64,000 nucleotides of DNA from Gnetum montanum (taxonomy: Eukaryota; Plantae; Gnetophyta). Both the position numbers and the translations under genes were made by a program. The notes beneath the pieces were generated by a model, which was given only the letters and a program-made list of their open reading frames with translations, made no database searches and had not been told where the DNA came from. Shown one piece after another: positions 24,441-38,190 of this stretch. Numbering within the stretch: position 1 is the first letter of the stretch; the number at the start of each line of letters is the position of its first letter. Location: contig MNCI01001941.1 in assembly GCA_015680685.1 (NCBI GenBank), forward strand, positions 259,206-323,205, written 5' to 3'.

Positions 24441-26084
24441 GAGTATTGGCCTTGGAATGGCTAATATAGCATAAAATGCTCACCAACTCCACAATAATGA
24501 GGATGATCTTCAAGTGGATCTTGCATGAAGCAAAGCAAAAGCATTATGACCAATTAGAATTTATTAATAAATTTGGAAGAAACATCTAGTTTGAGGTTAA
24601 ATTAACCTCTGTAAAAAGCTCTAAGGTGTTTATCTAAGTTGGCTTAAGAAATTCTAGAAAAAGCATAATTACAACTTTTCATAGCCTTTAACTTCATAGC
24701 CAAAATATTATAGCCAAAGATTTATAGGCAGAAGTAAGCCTTAGATTAAACCATGCATAAGATTATAAAAAGTATTAAAACTTATATAGCCATGAAAAAG
24801 CCTGCTAAGAATAGCAGAAGCCTTTACTTTTCTTAGAAAAAAAATTTAAACATAAGTTTTACATATTTAGCAATCATGAAAGTTGACAAGAGTAATCTCT
24901 ACATCCATCCCCAAAGGGGTAAAGTACTATGACCATGATACAACCATAACCAAAAATTTATGAAAAATTCATCTAAGCTTCAATTTTAGTGATTCCACCA
25001 TGGAAAGAATCTTGAAATCATGAACCTTCTAGCTAAAGCCATTGCAACCAAGAAAACATAACCGTTTTTATGTAAGACAGACAAAACTAGCAAAAATCGT
25101 AGCCGTCATCATTAACCCCTTTTTTCACATGGTTGATAAAAAATTCACCAAAATTTCGTTTGAGCTTCAAAAAGAGTGATTCCACCACTGTTTAAAAGCT
25201 TGAATTGAGTCCTATACACCCACACTTAAAAAAATTAAAAAATCATTACTGTTTATGCAAAAAAAAAATTCATCAATTTAGATAAAAATCTGAAAATGGG
25301 ACAAACCCCCTTTGGACATAGGTCTAATGAAAAATTCATTAAAAATTTGTTTCAAGTCCAATTTACCCCTATTGGAAAGTTGAAGCCAAGACCTACCTAG
25401 CCATAGCAGCAAAAAAAAAAAAAAAAAACAAAGAAGGAATAGCCAAGACCCTTGCCATTTTCTTAGAGAAAATTCATGAATTTACATGAAAATCTAAAAA
25501 TGGCATAAAAAATCTAATTGCATGACCTTAGAAAAACATCAATAACTTAATGGCTTCAAAGCCAAATTGAACAAGACAATAGCCATTGGAAAGCTTAAAC
25601 ATAGGGCTACAAATCCATAACATTGTATTTGAATAATATGTTACCATTTTCTTAAGGAAAAATACATAATGTTGTTTCCTTTTTTCATGTAAAAAGCTAA
25701 AAAGCTAAAACCCAACTTAACATAGTCATAAAAACGTAGCAAAAATAGCCAAAATGAGCAATACCCATGGGAGAAAATAGCAAGATAAGGGGGGTAAGAT
25801 TTTGTTACAATTAAATTTTGATGAAAATTGAAGCCTAGATTTGAGAAAAATGACCCTACCCCCAAATTTTGGGAAAAAATCATGAAATTTGCAAGCTGAA
25901 TTTCAAAAATTGAATCTACTAAGGCAAAAACAATGAAATGACTAGAGATCCATGTAGAAATGACAAAAATAAGAGGTGGTATTTCCTCAAAATTTTGTTT
26001 TACCCACTTTATCAGTGTAGATTTAAGAAAAATGACCCATAAAACACAAGAAATATATGAAAAATAGCTAGAAACAAAAGTAAA

Positions 26085-26217
26085 AACGGTTAGAACTACT
26101 AGCGACGAATGAGCCCTAGATGGAAATAAGCCTAGGAAATCCTTACAGGTCCCTAGCATGCTCTTCTATCTTTTGAATCTTTGGTTTTTTGCTCTTCCCT
26201 CCATGTTGTTGTGGCAT
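26085..26217 (-). pseudogene. Probable exon 1 of the cargo-gene homologue in element C
   Basis: MPQQHGGKSKKPKIQKIEEHARDL..SSNR compared with A's exon 1 MALKTKKKNAKLAKIDEMQATL..LLNR; followed by T-rich intron-like sequence. Confidence 0.45.
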
Positions 26218-26649
26218 AATGGCAAGGTCAACGCTCAGAATAGTTAAAAATTGAGAAGAATGGGAATTTAACATTGATTGCAAGGAAGATGGAAGGCTTC
26301 CATGATGAAGATTGATGCTCTCTACAACAAAAATCTCTACCAAAGCTCTCCCCCAATGTGTTGTTGCTTTAGAATGATAATTGTGATTGAAAACTTGTGA
26401 AATTTAGCATTAAAAACTTAAACAAAACCTGAATGTCCACCTCTAAATCCCAGTTGCTTATTTAGTGGACCATAATTCCAAGTGCACTGAAGTCCAAAGG
26501 GGGGAAAGTCTTTTCCACACTAAAATTGGTGGAAGTTAAGCTCAAAATTCAAAATTTTAAATTTTTTGATTTTGGGCTCCAACCATATGCCTTCTCTCTT
26601 ATCCAAAAATGGCATCAACTCTAAGTTTTGGCCACTTTTGATAATTAAA

Positions 26650-29600
26650 GTAAATATTTCAATCTTAAATCCCATACATCCATACTAGGGATGTCATGCC
26701 CAGTGTGGACACATGCCTTCCACTACCTAAAACCATCAAAACCTAAGCATTTTACCATTTTTTGTAATCAAAACCTATCTTTTTCAACCTTGGGCTCCCA
26801 AAAGGGATTAGACATGAACAAAACTAAATAACATAGTTTTCATTTCTGGTGAAATAGTGCCAAGCATGGAAGAAGTAGGGCATAACATCTATTCTTACTT
26901 CCCAATATCCATCTAACCCAAGTTTACATGACCTAGAATCCTTCAAACACCCCTGGCAGCCCTGGAACCTCACCAAATGTAGTCGAAACTGGTTGAAACC
27001 TTAGGATTTGGTAGTTTCATGCTAGGGAAAGCCTCATCCATGTTGAGCATCTCATCCCTAGTTTGGATGGAGAGGGAAAATACTAAAATCTCTTGAATTG
27101 ACCACCTAGTAGCCATTTCTCAAAGCTTAGTAACCCCTAGATCCTACCAGAATTCTTTGGAGTGTTTGAATGTTCCAAAGTAGTTAAATATGGAACAAAA
27201 CTATCATCCCCCTCTCATCCACACTAGGGCCATCATGTCAACATGGAAGAAATTGTGGAGACTACATGAGGCCCTTAGGAGCCTTTAAAGTACTAAATCT
27301 TGGCATCTAGTATTGATTGTCGACACCGAAAGCCTTAGAGGCTGACATGTGTGGTCGATTGGGTGTCGAACTAGCCTAGATATAACTTTCATTGTTCTTT
27401 CACATTGGGGGAGATCTCTTCCACATTTCCCAACATGGAAACTAAGAAGAGTGACTAGGAAAGTTAGTGGGGAATCTTAGAAATGAAAAAACAACCTCAA
27501 ATCACCTTGTACTTAACACTAGAACCTTCATAGCCTCTCTGGAAGCTAACAGAATGTGAAAAATCAATAAAAATTAGCCTCCTATGGTTTTTTCACACTA
27601 AGGAGGACCTCCTCCATGCTAAGAATTCTAGTATTAGTGTGGATGAAAGGGGGAAAGCCAAAATTATTGAATTTTGCATGCAGTTTGACTTCCAGAAGCA
27701 ACTCAACCCTACCGGAAGCCTCCAGACTCATGAAAGTCATCTAAAATGACCTAAAATTGTTCCCTTTAGATTCTCCATGCTATGGAGGGTTCCATCCATG
27801 TTGAGCATCATATCCCCAATGTGGATGAATGAGGGAAAGCCTCAAACCCTTCTCATAGCCCTCAAAATAACTAGATTTCTATCCTAGGGTTCAATAGTCA
27901 ACACTAGTAACCTTGTGGACACGTATGCATAGTTAAAATTGAAAAAAATTAGCAAAAAGTAGAGTCCATTTATTTCTCCACACTAGGAGCCACCTCTTTC
28001 ACAATGGCCATCATGGAAGAAAAGAGGAAAACTTTGGGGGAACTCTAGAATAGCCTTCAACAACCTTAAATGAATGCTAGAAAGCCCTATGTGTGTTTAG
28101 GAACCCTATTTGCACATCCTAAGATCCTTAGAGTTGCTGATATTAATCACAGATAGTCACAAAACCTTTTCCCCCAATATTTCATGTTGAGCATGGAAAA
28201 TAGGGTGAAACATCAAAAATCACTTAATAGCCCTCAAAAAAACCAAAATTTGACATTGGGAATCAGTAGTTGACACTAGCAACCTTAGAGACCCACATGC
28301 ATGGCCAGAAACATTAGACAATGATAAAAAGTAGTGTTCCTCAGTTCCACCACATTGAGAAATCCCTCTTCCATGCTACCCAGCATGGAAGAAAAAGGGA
28401 AACTTTGGGAAAACTCAAAAATGACCTTTAAAGACATCAAGAAAATAACTTATAGCTATACATGAGGCTTGAGACTAGTTTCACATCTTCTAGAGTCCTC
28501 AAACCTTGCAAAAGTGATTATAGAAAGCTAGAAGATACTCCCCCTTGCCTTCCATATTGAGCATACTATCCCTAGCATGGAAAATATGGGGGAAGCTTAA
28601 AAACCATCTAGGAAACCTCAAAACTAACCAATTTTGACCCTAAACCCTAGTCCTCTACCTCGACAACCCTAGAGGCATACATGCATGATTGATTGAGGCC
28701 AAAACTAGCTTAGATATGAGATTTATGGTTCTTCCATACTAGAGATCCCTTCCTCCATCCTGCCTAGCATGAAAACTAAGGGAGGAACTCATTTGAAGCT
28801 CCTAAAAACCTCACAATTACATCAAATAACCTTGCATGCACTTTAGAACCTTGTTAGCATCCTCTACAGTCTTCAAACCTCAGAAAATTGATTTCAAATG
28901 GTCAAAAATTGGTTCCCCTTAGTCTTCCACTCTAAGAATCCTAGTCCTAGCATGGGAAAAAATGGGAAGCCCAAAAAACAATTGGGAGTACTCAATGATA
29001 CTAAATTTTGACATGAAACTCTAGCCTTTGGTCCTAGCAACTTTGAAAGCTAACATGCATAGTCAATTATGATCCAAATTGGCCTAGATATGGGATTCTT
29101 ATTCCATCCATGCTAGAGAAGGTTCATTCCATGTTGGGTATCATGGAAATATGGGAAAAGCTACTTTTACACTTTTGGTGGCAAGATAACACTTCCAGAA
29201 GCCAAAGATCTATGCTGGAGAAGCCTAAGACCTTGTAGCCTTGAGATTGTGCTTGTTTGATCTCATTTTGACCTCCAAAACTCATTCCTACAAATATTCT
29301 AGGTTGGAGTAACTCTCCTAGCATGGAAATAGGGGAGAAGAACTTATATGCCATTACATGACCTCCAAACATGTCCAAAATCAACAAAAAACTTGCAGAA
29401 TCATGATTGACAGCCCTAGGGGCCTAGGAACCTAGTTAATGTGCTTCCAAATCATCTTAAATTCACAAAAAATGTTCCCTCATTCTTCCACACTGGGAAT
29501 ACTATGATTAGCATTGAAGAATAGGGGAAGCACTTTCAACATGTTTTGACATTACAAACTGACTCAAATGGCCTGAAAGCAAAGCTAGAGAATGCACAAC

Positions 29601-30000
29601 TACCAGATCTAGGTTCTAGATGACTGTTTGATCATGTTTGATTCTATTTTTGCCTAGATTTTGGTTTTCCATATTGATCCCCCTCTCTTCCATGCTAGCT
29701 AACATTGAGGTAGGGAGTTTAGCTCTAGAACCTGCTTTTTAACCTTTATTGATCTCTAGAGTGACCAATTTTGATGGATTTGGCCTTGCATTGCCTTGAG
29801 AAGTTTCTGAAACCTTAATTTTGGACCTCTAGATGTCCCAAAAATTACTTTTCCTATTTTCCACACTAAGTGTGCCTTCTTCCATGCTAGATAGCATGGA
29901 AACAAGGGGGCCTAGCGTGGAAGCTTCAAAACTCTCAATTTTCATGTCCAAATAGCTCAAAAATAGCCTTGATTTATGCCCAAACTTACTTAATAGCCTT
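26650..30000. repeat. Degenerate tandem array, ~185-bp sub-units with ~375-bp higher-order period
   Basis: Recurrent TCCACACT(A/G)GG..TCCATGCT..AGCATGGAA..GGGAA blocks; a CTAGCAACCTTAGAG..CACATGCATG block recurs at ~27905, 28275, 28660 and 29035. Confidence 0.65.
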
Positions 30001-30304
30001 TTAGCCTCAAACATGGCCTATCAAGGCCTAAAAATGGCAAGACTTTAATCCTGTTTAACATATATTAGTTAATTTCCAGCATATGTAGCGTATTTTGATT
30101 GATTTAGCCTTATTGCATCATGTTTCAACTTGTCTTTGGTCTTGTGTTGCATTGACAACCTTGATAACCTTCTTACAACTCTTATATATCCTTATGTTTT
30201 TTTTTTATTTTTGACTTAGTATAGTCTTATTTACCTTTAGCCTTTGATTGGTATCAAATAGTGGGGTTTGGCCTTCCCTGACCACCATTTGACACCATGT
30301 GACC

Positions 30305-30420
30305 ATGGATTGCTAAGACATTAAACTAGGATCACGACTTGCTAAGGTGTTAAACTGGGATCATGGCTTGCTAAGGTCTTAAATTGGCATCATGGCCTAC
30401 CAAAGCCTAAAACTAGAAAA
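30305..30420 (+). repeat. 4 x 29-bp repeat (GCTAAG...TTAAACT(A/G)G) upstream of pol 1
   Basis: Same motif as 23240-23760. Confidence 0.85.
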
Positions 30421-30624
30421 ATCATTGTCTTTTTTCATCGTTAGTAGCCTTATTTCTCACACTTCATCTTACTTGATCTTTATTTGGCCTTTGTTTTGTC
30501 TCTATTATACTTTGTCAAATTGTCCTTATCTCATTGATAGCCTTGGATGACCTTGTTTGCATTAGATTTGCATGTGTTTACATGATTTTATAGCATTTTA
30601 GCATTATTTATTTAGTTTTATCAG

Positions 30625-33600
30625 GTGCCACTTAATATGCTTTTGGTTGACATGTAGGATCAAAGTATGAGTACTTGGAAGCAAATCAATTTGCCTTTGT
30701 ATCTACATGGACTTCACAGTGATGTTAAACAATGTATCAACCCTGATTGCCTTGATCTTAGGCTTGAGAGTCTTGTTGATCATATAGCCTCAATAGAGAA
30801 AAATCTAGAAGGGCTTGAAGACCTAGTCAAAACCCTTGACTTAGAAGTAGAAGGCATAATTTAAGACTCTTTAGTTGAGATTCCTATCACAACACACAAT
30901 GGTAAGGAGAAAACCCTTCAACTATGTTCCTCATTGGAACCTCAATATGCTCAAGACATCACCAAGGTCCTACAAACCAACATTAAGGCCTTTGCTTGGT
31001 CATATGAAGATATGTTGACCTAAACCCACATTTAGTCTAGCACAACATCATACTAGATGCTAGCATTAGGCCAGTTAAGTAGAAAGTGTACAAAATTAGA
31101 CTTGATTTAAGTTTGATAGTTTTCGATGAGATCTTAAAGCTCTACCAAGTTGATTTCATTAGGGTTGTCAACTACATGGAATGGGTGTCCAACATCGTCG
31201 TAGCCCCTAAGAAAAATGGGAGTATCCATATTTGCATTGATTTCGAGACCTAAATAAAGTGACTATCAAGGATGACTTCCCTTTGCCTAGTATGGATCAA
31301 CTTATCAATGCTATGGCTAGGCATGCCTAGTTTTCCTTTATGGATGGACTCTTAGGATATAATCAAATTAGGATCAACCTAGAGCACCAACTTAGCATAA
31401 CCTTTATAACCCCATGGGGTACCTTTTGCTATACTATGATGCCCTCCGGCCTTAAGAATACTAGAGCAACCATTCAATGAGCCATGACCTATCTATTTAA
31501 TGATTACATGTTAGGTTTGCTTAATGATCACGTAGATGATATAGCCATTAAGTACAAAGTGGCCAATGATCATGCTAATGACCTAGACCTTGTGCTTAAA
31601 TGATGGCTCAAATACAAGCTTAGGCTCAATCCCAAGAAATGTATCTTCAGTGTTAAGACTAGCAAGATACTTGGCTTTATAGTCTCTAAAGCAAGGATAT
31701 GTGTCGATCCTGATAAGGTTAAGGCCATATCAAAATTAGTAGCAGCTACCAACCTTAAGGAGATTTGAGGATTACAAGGTAGATTATATTTTATTTGTAG
31801 GTGTATCACTAGGCTTATGGATAAGTTACGGTCCATGCAACACTTGCTTATGAAAAAAGTTCACTAAAAGTGGATGGCTCAATGCTAAGAAGCCTTTGAT
31901 GACCTAAAGTAAGATTTGGCACAACTACAGATAGTTTATCCTCCACAAGAGGGTAAAATGTTCTACATTTATGTTGCCATCTCTAACACATCCATTGCCT
32001 CTCTACTTTATCAAAAATGTGATGATGAAGTAGAAATGCCTATATAATATGTTAGCCATGCATTAGTTGCTCACAAGTCCCAATATACTGAAGTGGATAA
32101 GTATTGTCTAGAACTATTCTTCTCCTTAAATAAGTGAAGATACTGCCTCTGCAGAAGCCAAGTCAACATCATTTGCAAAGATAATATGCTTAGAGCGATA
32201 ATGACTAACATTTATGAAAGTAGCTGTATAGCCTAATGAAAAGCCATAACCATAGAGTTTGACCTTCATTACATCTTTCAATCCTCAACAAAAGGTCAAG
32301 CTATAATTGTACAACTCACAATATCACCTATTAATGACCAAGCAACCATAGATCCTAAGTTCCTTGATGATCATATTAATGTAGTTAGCCAAGTACTTGA
32401 GGATTATGAGGCGATCATGCACTTTGATGGAGCTTCAACTACCCATGGGGCCAGTGCTACTGCCATCATAACATTCTCATATAGTGAGATCTGATCCTTC
32501 ACTTACTGTTTTGAGTTCCCATGTACCAATAACATAGTAGAGTATGAGGGCTTGATTAGAGGAATGATGGTAGCCCGTGACCTAGAAATTAGATGCTTAA
32601 TGATCAAAGGTAATTCAAAAATTATGGTTAACTAAGTAATTGAGGTGTACATGTGTAAAACCAAATACTTACAACCATCCTATGACCTAGGGAAGCAATT
32701 TTTATAGTAATTTACAAACATTGATATCCAACACATACCCTAAAATGAGAATTCCATAGCTGATGCCACTGCAACCCTAGCCTGTAGTGTGACATTAGAG
32801 GTGTTAAGTAAGTTATCCACTTTAACTATGAATTATGCTACTCCTATTACATAGAACACTGAGGATACCTTTGTGGGCATCATTCATATTGCTCCTCCCA
32901 AAGAATGATACGACGATATCAAATTTTACCTTACGCATGATGAATCCTCAGAAGGCTTGACTACTACTCAAAAGGATGTTGTACACAAGCAATCGAAGCA
33001 ATATTTCATCATAGGTGATAATGTTGATGATCCTATGATGGCATACTCCTAAAATGCTTAGGTAAAATTGAAGCTAGAACAATCCTAGAGAAAGTTCACA
33101 AGGGTGTTTATGGAGGACATATAGGACTAAGAGCTATGGTTGCTAAGATTAGATGGTTAGGCTACTATTGGCCCCATATGAAAAATGACTACCTATAGAA
33201 GGTTAAACGATGTGACACATGCCAATGATATAGAAACCTTATACATGTACCACCAATTGAGTTGCATACCACTCAAATTACATGGCCATTTCAATGATGG
33301 GGGTTGGATATCATTGGATCCATAACACCTAAGTCTTCTATGGGGCATAGCTTCATCATAATCGTGACTGAATACTTTACAAAGTGGGTTGAGGCTATTC
33401 ACCTAAGGAAGACTACATCTGAGAAAGTCGACAAATTCATCCTATATAACATTGTAGCTTGTTTTGGCATACACATGGTCATAGTTACATATAATGGATC
33501 ATAATAGAAAATAAAATATTTCTATCATGACTTAGGCATTAATCATTCTTTCTCATCGTCTTATTACCCTCAAGATAATGGACAAGTAGAAGTAAGCAAT

Positions 33601-34130
33601 AAGGCCATCATCAACTTACTCAAAAAGATGCTCAACAATGGTATCACAAATGGCATGAGAGGCTTGTCCATGCGTTGTGGACATACAGAACAACGTATTA
33701 CACAGTAACTAGTGTAACACCTTATAGCTTGATTTATGGTTCTAAAGCTATTTTATCTCTTGAATTGTAGGTGCCTTCACTCTAAGTAGCCTTGATTAAC
33801 TTCATCAATACTGAGCAAAACAAGGATTTGCAGATAGTAGCCCTAGACTCGATAGAGAAGCAATTTATGCAAGCGCTTGCTCACATTTAACACTATTAAG
33901 ATAGGAAAAAGTGGTAGCATCACCATAACTTAATCATGCATAAGATCAAGGAGGATGACTTAGTTCTCAAAGCCATCTGCAAGCATGTGGATAAATTCTC
34001 GGTGAATTGGGAATGATCCTTTCTTATTACTAGAGCCTACCAAAATGGTGCATTCAAGATAGCTGACATGAATAAGAATAAGCTAGCCAATCTATTCAAT
34101 CATTCCTATCTAAAATCATACTACACATAG
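30625..34130 (+). pseudogene. pol: pol copy 1: RT - RNase H - archaeal-type RNase H - integrase, decayed
   Basis: EWVSNIVVAPKKNGSIHICIDF; KDDFPLP; FMDGLLGYNQI; DHVDDI; MHFDGAS..TNNIVEYEGLIRG (aRH, ~32420-32790); VHKGVYGGH..GYYWP..CDTCQ; GLDIIG..EYFTKWVEA. Confidence 0.95.
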
Positions 34131-34680
34131 TTAACAATCATCAACAAGTGAGCCTACTTTCAATAGTCCACTATGACCTATGCTAGAGGTAGGCAAGACT
34201 GTGCTAGCCCAATGTAGGCATAGAAAAAGGTGCCAATTTTGCATCAAAAAGAAGAACCCCCTTCACATGTCCAAGCTCTCCCAATAGCCTTATAGCCCCA
34301 TATCATGGCTTGCTAAGGCCTAAAACTAGTAAAATCTAACCTTGTTTGACTAGTATAAGATAATTTCTACCATATGTAGTCCATTCTCATAGATAAGATG
34401 TTATTTTCTAGCCTTGTTTTTCATTATTGACCTTCTTTCTCATCAATGAACTTTATACAACCTCTATATAATTTCATGCTTTTTCATGTTCATCTTATTT
34501 TCTCTTTCATGTCCATTGATTAACTTTATAGCCTTTGTTTAATCCCATTAAGCAATATCTATCTCTTATAGCCTTAGTTGACCTTTTTTGCACTTTAGTT
34601 TTTCATTGAAATAACATATGTTTACATGTTTACCAAAATTTTTTATATCATTTTAGCATGGATTACCCATCTTTACCTAG

Positions 34681-37600
34681 GTGCCCCTTAATGTGCTTAT
34701 GGCTGATGTGTAGGATTGAAGTATAGATACTTAGAAGCAAATTGGCTTACCTTTGAGCTTGAGTGGGCCTCATGGTGATGTTGAACAATGCATTCATCTT
34801 GGTTGTATAGACCTTGAACATGAGAGCCTTGCCAACTACATGACCTTAATTGAAAACCTCTAAAGTGGCTTGAAAACCTAGTTAAAACCCTTGATCTAGA
34901 GGATGGTGACAAAACTGAAGATTCATATCACAACACATAGTGATGAGGAGAAAACCCTCAAACTAAGTTCCTCACTGGAGCCTCAATAGGCTTAAGACAT
35001 CACCAAGGTCCTACAAGACAACATTAAAGCCTTTATTTGGTCATATGAAGATATGCTAGGCTTAGATCCACATCTAGTCCAACACAACATCATACTTGAT
35101 CCTATCATTAAACTAATTAAGTATAAAGTGTGTAAGATTAGACCTGATTTGGCCTTGGTACTTCTTAATGAAATTACCAAACTCTACCAAGCTAGTTTCA
35201 TTAGAGTTATTGAGTTTGCAAATTGGGTGTCTAACATTGTGGTAGTCCCTAAGAAAAATGGAAGTATCTATATTTACATCAATTTTTGAGATCTAAATAA
35301 GGTAACAATCAAGGATGATTTTCCTTTGCTAGTATTGATCAACCCATTGATACTATAACTAGACATTCCTTGTTATCCTTTATGGATGGGTTCTCAAGAT
35401 ACAACCAGATTAGGATCAACCCAAATCATCAGCTACGTACAATCTTCATGATCCCTTGGGTACCTTTTGTTATACCATGATGCCTTCAACCTTAAGAATG
35501 TAGGAACAACCTATGAAAAGGCTATGATGTACATCAAGTCCATGGTGGCCAATCAACCTTACATGTTAGGTTTTCTCAATGATTATGTAGATGATATAGC
35601 TATCAATTCAAAGGTGGCCAATGACCATGCTAATGACCTAGACCTTGTGCTTAAATGGTGCCTCAAGTACAACCTTAGGATGACCTCCAAGAAGTGTGTC
35701 TTCAGTGTCAAGATTGGTAAGATGCCTAGCTTTGTAGTATCTAAAGCTGGGATTCATGTCGATCTTGATAAGGTTAAGGTCATATCCAATTAGTAGCACC
35801 TACCAACCTTAAGGAACTTCAAGGACTACAAGGTAGATTGCCATTCATTTGTAGGTTTATCGCTAGGCTCATAGATAAGTTACAACCCATGCAACACTTA
35901 TTAATAAAGGGGTTCATTATGAGTGGACGGCTCAATGCTAAGAGGCCTTTGAAAACCTTAAGAGAGAATTGGCACAACTACCAAAAATCTATTCTGCACA
36001 ATAGGTTACACCATTTTACATTAACCTTTCCATCTCTAACACATCCATCGCTTCTCTACTTTCTCAAAAACATGATGATGAAGTAAAGATACTAGTATAT
36101 TACCTTAGCCATGCATTAGTTGCCCATAAGAAAAAATATTCTAAAGTAGATAAGTACTATTTAGCGCTAGTCTTCTCACTAAAGAAGTGAAGAGATTACC
36201 TCTTTAGAATCCAAGTCAATGTCTTTTGAAAGGACAACATACTTAGAGCCATAATGACCAAAATCTATGAAAGTGGCTAAATAGCCTAGTGGAAAGCGAT
36301 AACCACAGAGTTCAACCTTCATTATGTCTCTCAATCTTCAATGAAAGGTCAAGCTATATTGTACAAATCACTATTTCACCTATTAAGAACCAAGGAATGA
36401 TAGATCCTAATTTTATAGATGAAAATGTCAACACTGTTAGCCAAGTATCCAATGGTTATCAAGAAGTCATGTACTTTGATAGAGTTTCAACTACCCATGG
36501 GGCTAGTGCCATTGTTATCATAACATTTCCATATGGTGAAATCCAACCATTCACCTATCATTTTGAGTTTTCATGCACTAATAACATAGCAGAGTATGAG
36601 GATTTGATAAGGGAAATGATGGTAGTTTGTGACCTAGGAATTAAACATTTGATAGTCAGATGTGATTCACAACTTGTGGTTAACCAAGTAACCAAGGTTT
36701 ACATGTGCAAAGCCAAATATTTACAAAATTATTGTGACTTAGAAAAGTAACTCTTACAACATTTTACAAATGTAGATATTCAAAAAATACCTCAAAACAA
36801 AAATGCTATAGCTGACACCATCATAATGCTAGCCCTCAATGTTATACTTGATGTGTTTAGTAAGTTTTCGATCTTAACTGTGGACTCTGCTATCCCCATC
36901 ATGCAAAGAAATGAGGATAACCTTGTGGCAATAGTTCATATTGCTCCTATAAGAGAGTGGTATAATAATATAAACTATTATCTTATGCATTGTGAGTCTT
37001 CAAGAGCCCTAATTGCTACTTAAAAGGATGTTGTATACAAATGATTGAAGTAGTATGTCATCATAAGTGACAACACATTATGTCGACAATCCTATGATGG
37101 CATACTCCTAAAGTTCCTAGGTAAAAATGAAGCCAGAATAGTCCTAGAGGAGATTCACAAAGGTGATTGTAAGGAACTTATAGGACCTAGAGCTATGATT
37201 GGTAAGATTAGACGATTAGGCTACTATTGGTCCCATATGGAAAATAACTGCATGTAGAAGGTTAAACGTTGTGACACATGCCAACAACATAACAACCTTA
37301 TACATGTACCACCAAATAAGTTACATACCACTCAAATGACTTGGCCATTTCAATGATGGGGGTTGGATATCATTAGGCCTATAACACCTAAATCTTCAGC
37401 TAGGCATAACTTCATCATCATCACAACTGAATACTTTACTAAATGGGTTGAAGTTATTTCCTTGAGAAAGACGACATCTAAACAAGTCTGTAAATTTACC
37501 CTAGATAACATTGTAGCCTATTTTGGCATACCCATGACCATAGTTATAGAAAATGGACCACAATTTAGTAGCTAAGAAACCAAATATTTCTTCGGCATTA

Positions 37601-38190
37601 AGCATTCTTTATCCTTGCCTTATTACCCTCAAGCCAGTGAACAAGCTAGCTAAGTAACAAGGTCATCATTAACTTGCTTTAAAAGATGCTCAATAATAGC
37701 AAGTGCAAATGGCATGAATGGTTGGTTCATGCACTTTGGGCTTACAAAACAACATACCATACCACAATGAACATGGTCCCTTATATCCTTGTTTATGGTT
37801 CTAAAGTTGTTTTACCTTTTGAATTGCAGGTATCATCACTCTAAGTACCCTTAACTAACTTCATCGATGATGAGAAAAACAAAAAGCTATTGATAGAAAT
37901 CCTAGACTCAGTGGAGGAGCAACGTATGCAAGCACTTGCTCACATCGAACACTATCAAGAGAAGTAGAGGAGGAAATACCACCATAACTTGATGATGTGT
38001 AAGATCAAGGAAGGTGACCTAGTCCTCAAGGCTATCCATGAGCACATAGATAAATTCTTAGCCAACTAGGAAGGGCCTTTCTTGGTTACTAAAGCCTATG
38101 GTAATAATGCATTTAGAATAGTAGACATATATGGAAATGAGTTGGTCAATCTAGTTAATCATTCCTATCTCAAACCATACTACATGTAGC
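34681..38190 (+). pseudogene. pol: pol copy 2 (element E): RT - RNase H - aRH - integrase, decayed
   Basis: ORFs 35053, 35467 (DYVDDIA), 36289 (MYFDRVS..CTNNIAEYEDLI..DSQLVVNQV) and 37363 (EYFTKWVEV); C-terminal KIKEGDLVL..EGPFLV. Confidence 0.95.

Larger units (their letters stand above)
17891..34200 (+). mobile_element. Element C: Tat-type copy (5' LTR to ~19332, PBS, gag-PR, ~7.6-kb spacer with cargo remnants, pol)
   Basis: LTR end similar to B and E, PBS at 19340, decayed gag-PR at 20180-23000, pol at 30625-34130. I recognised no LTR or PBS between PR and RT; contiguity is inferred. Confidence 0.7.
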
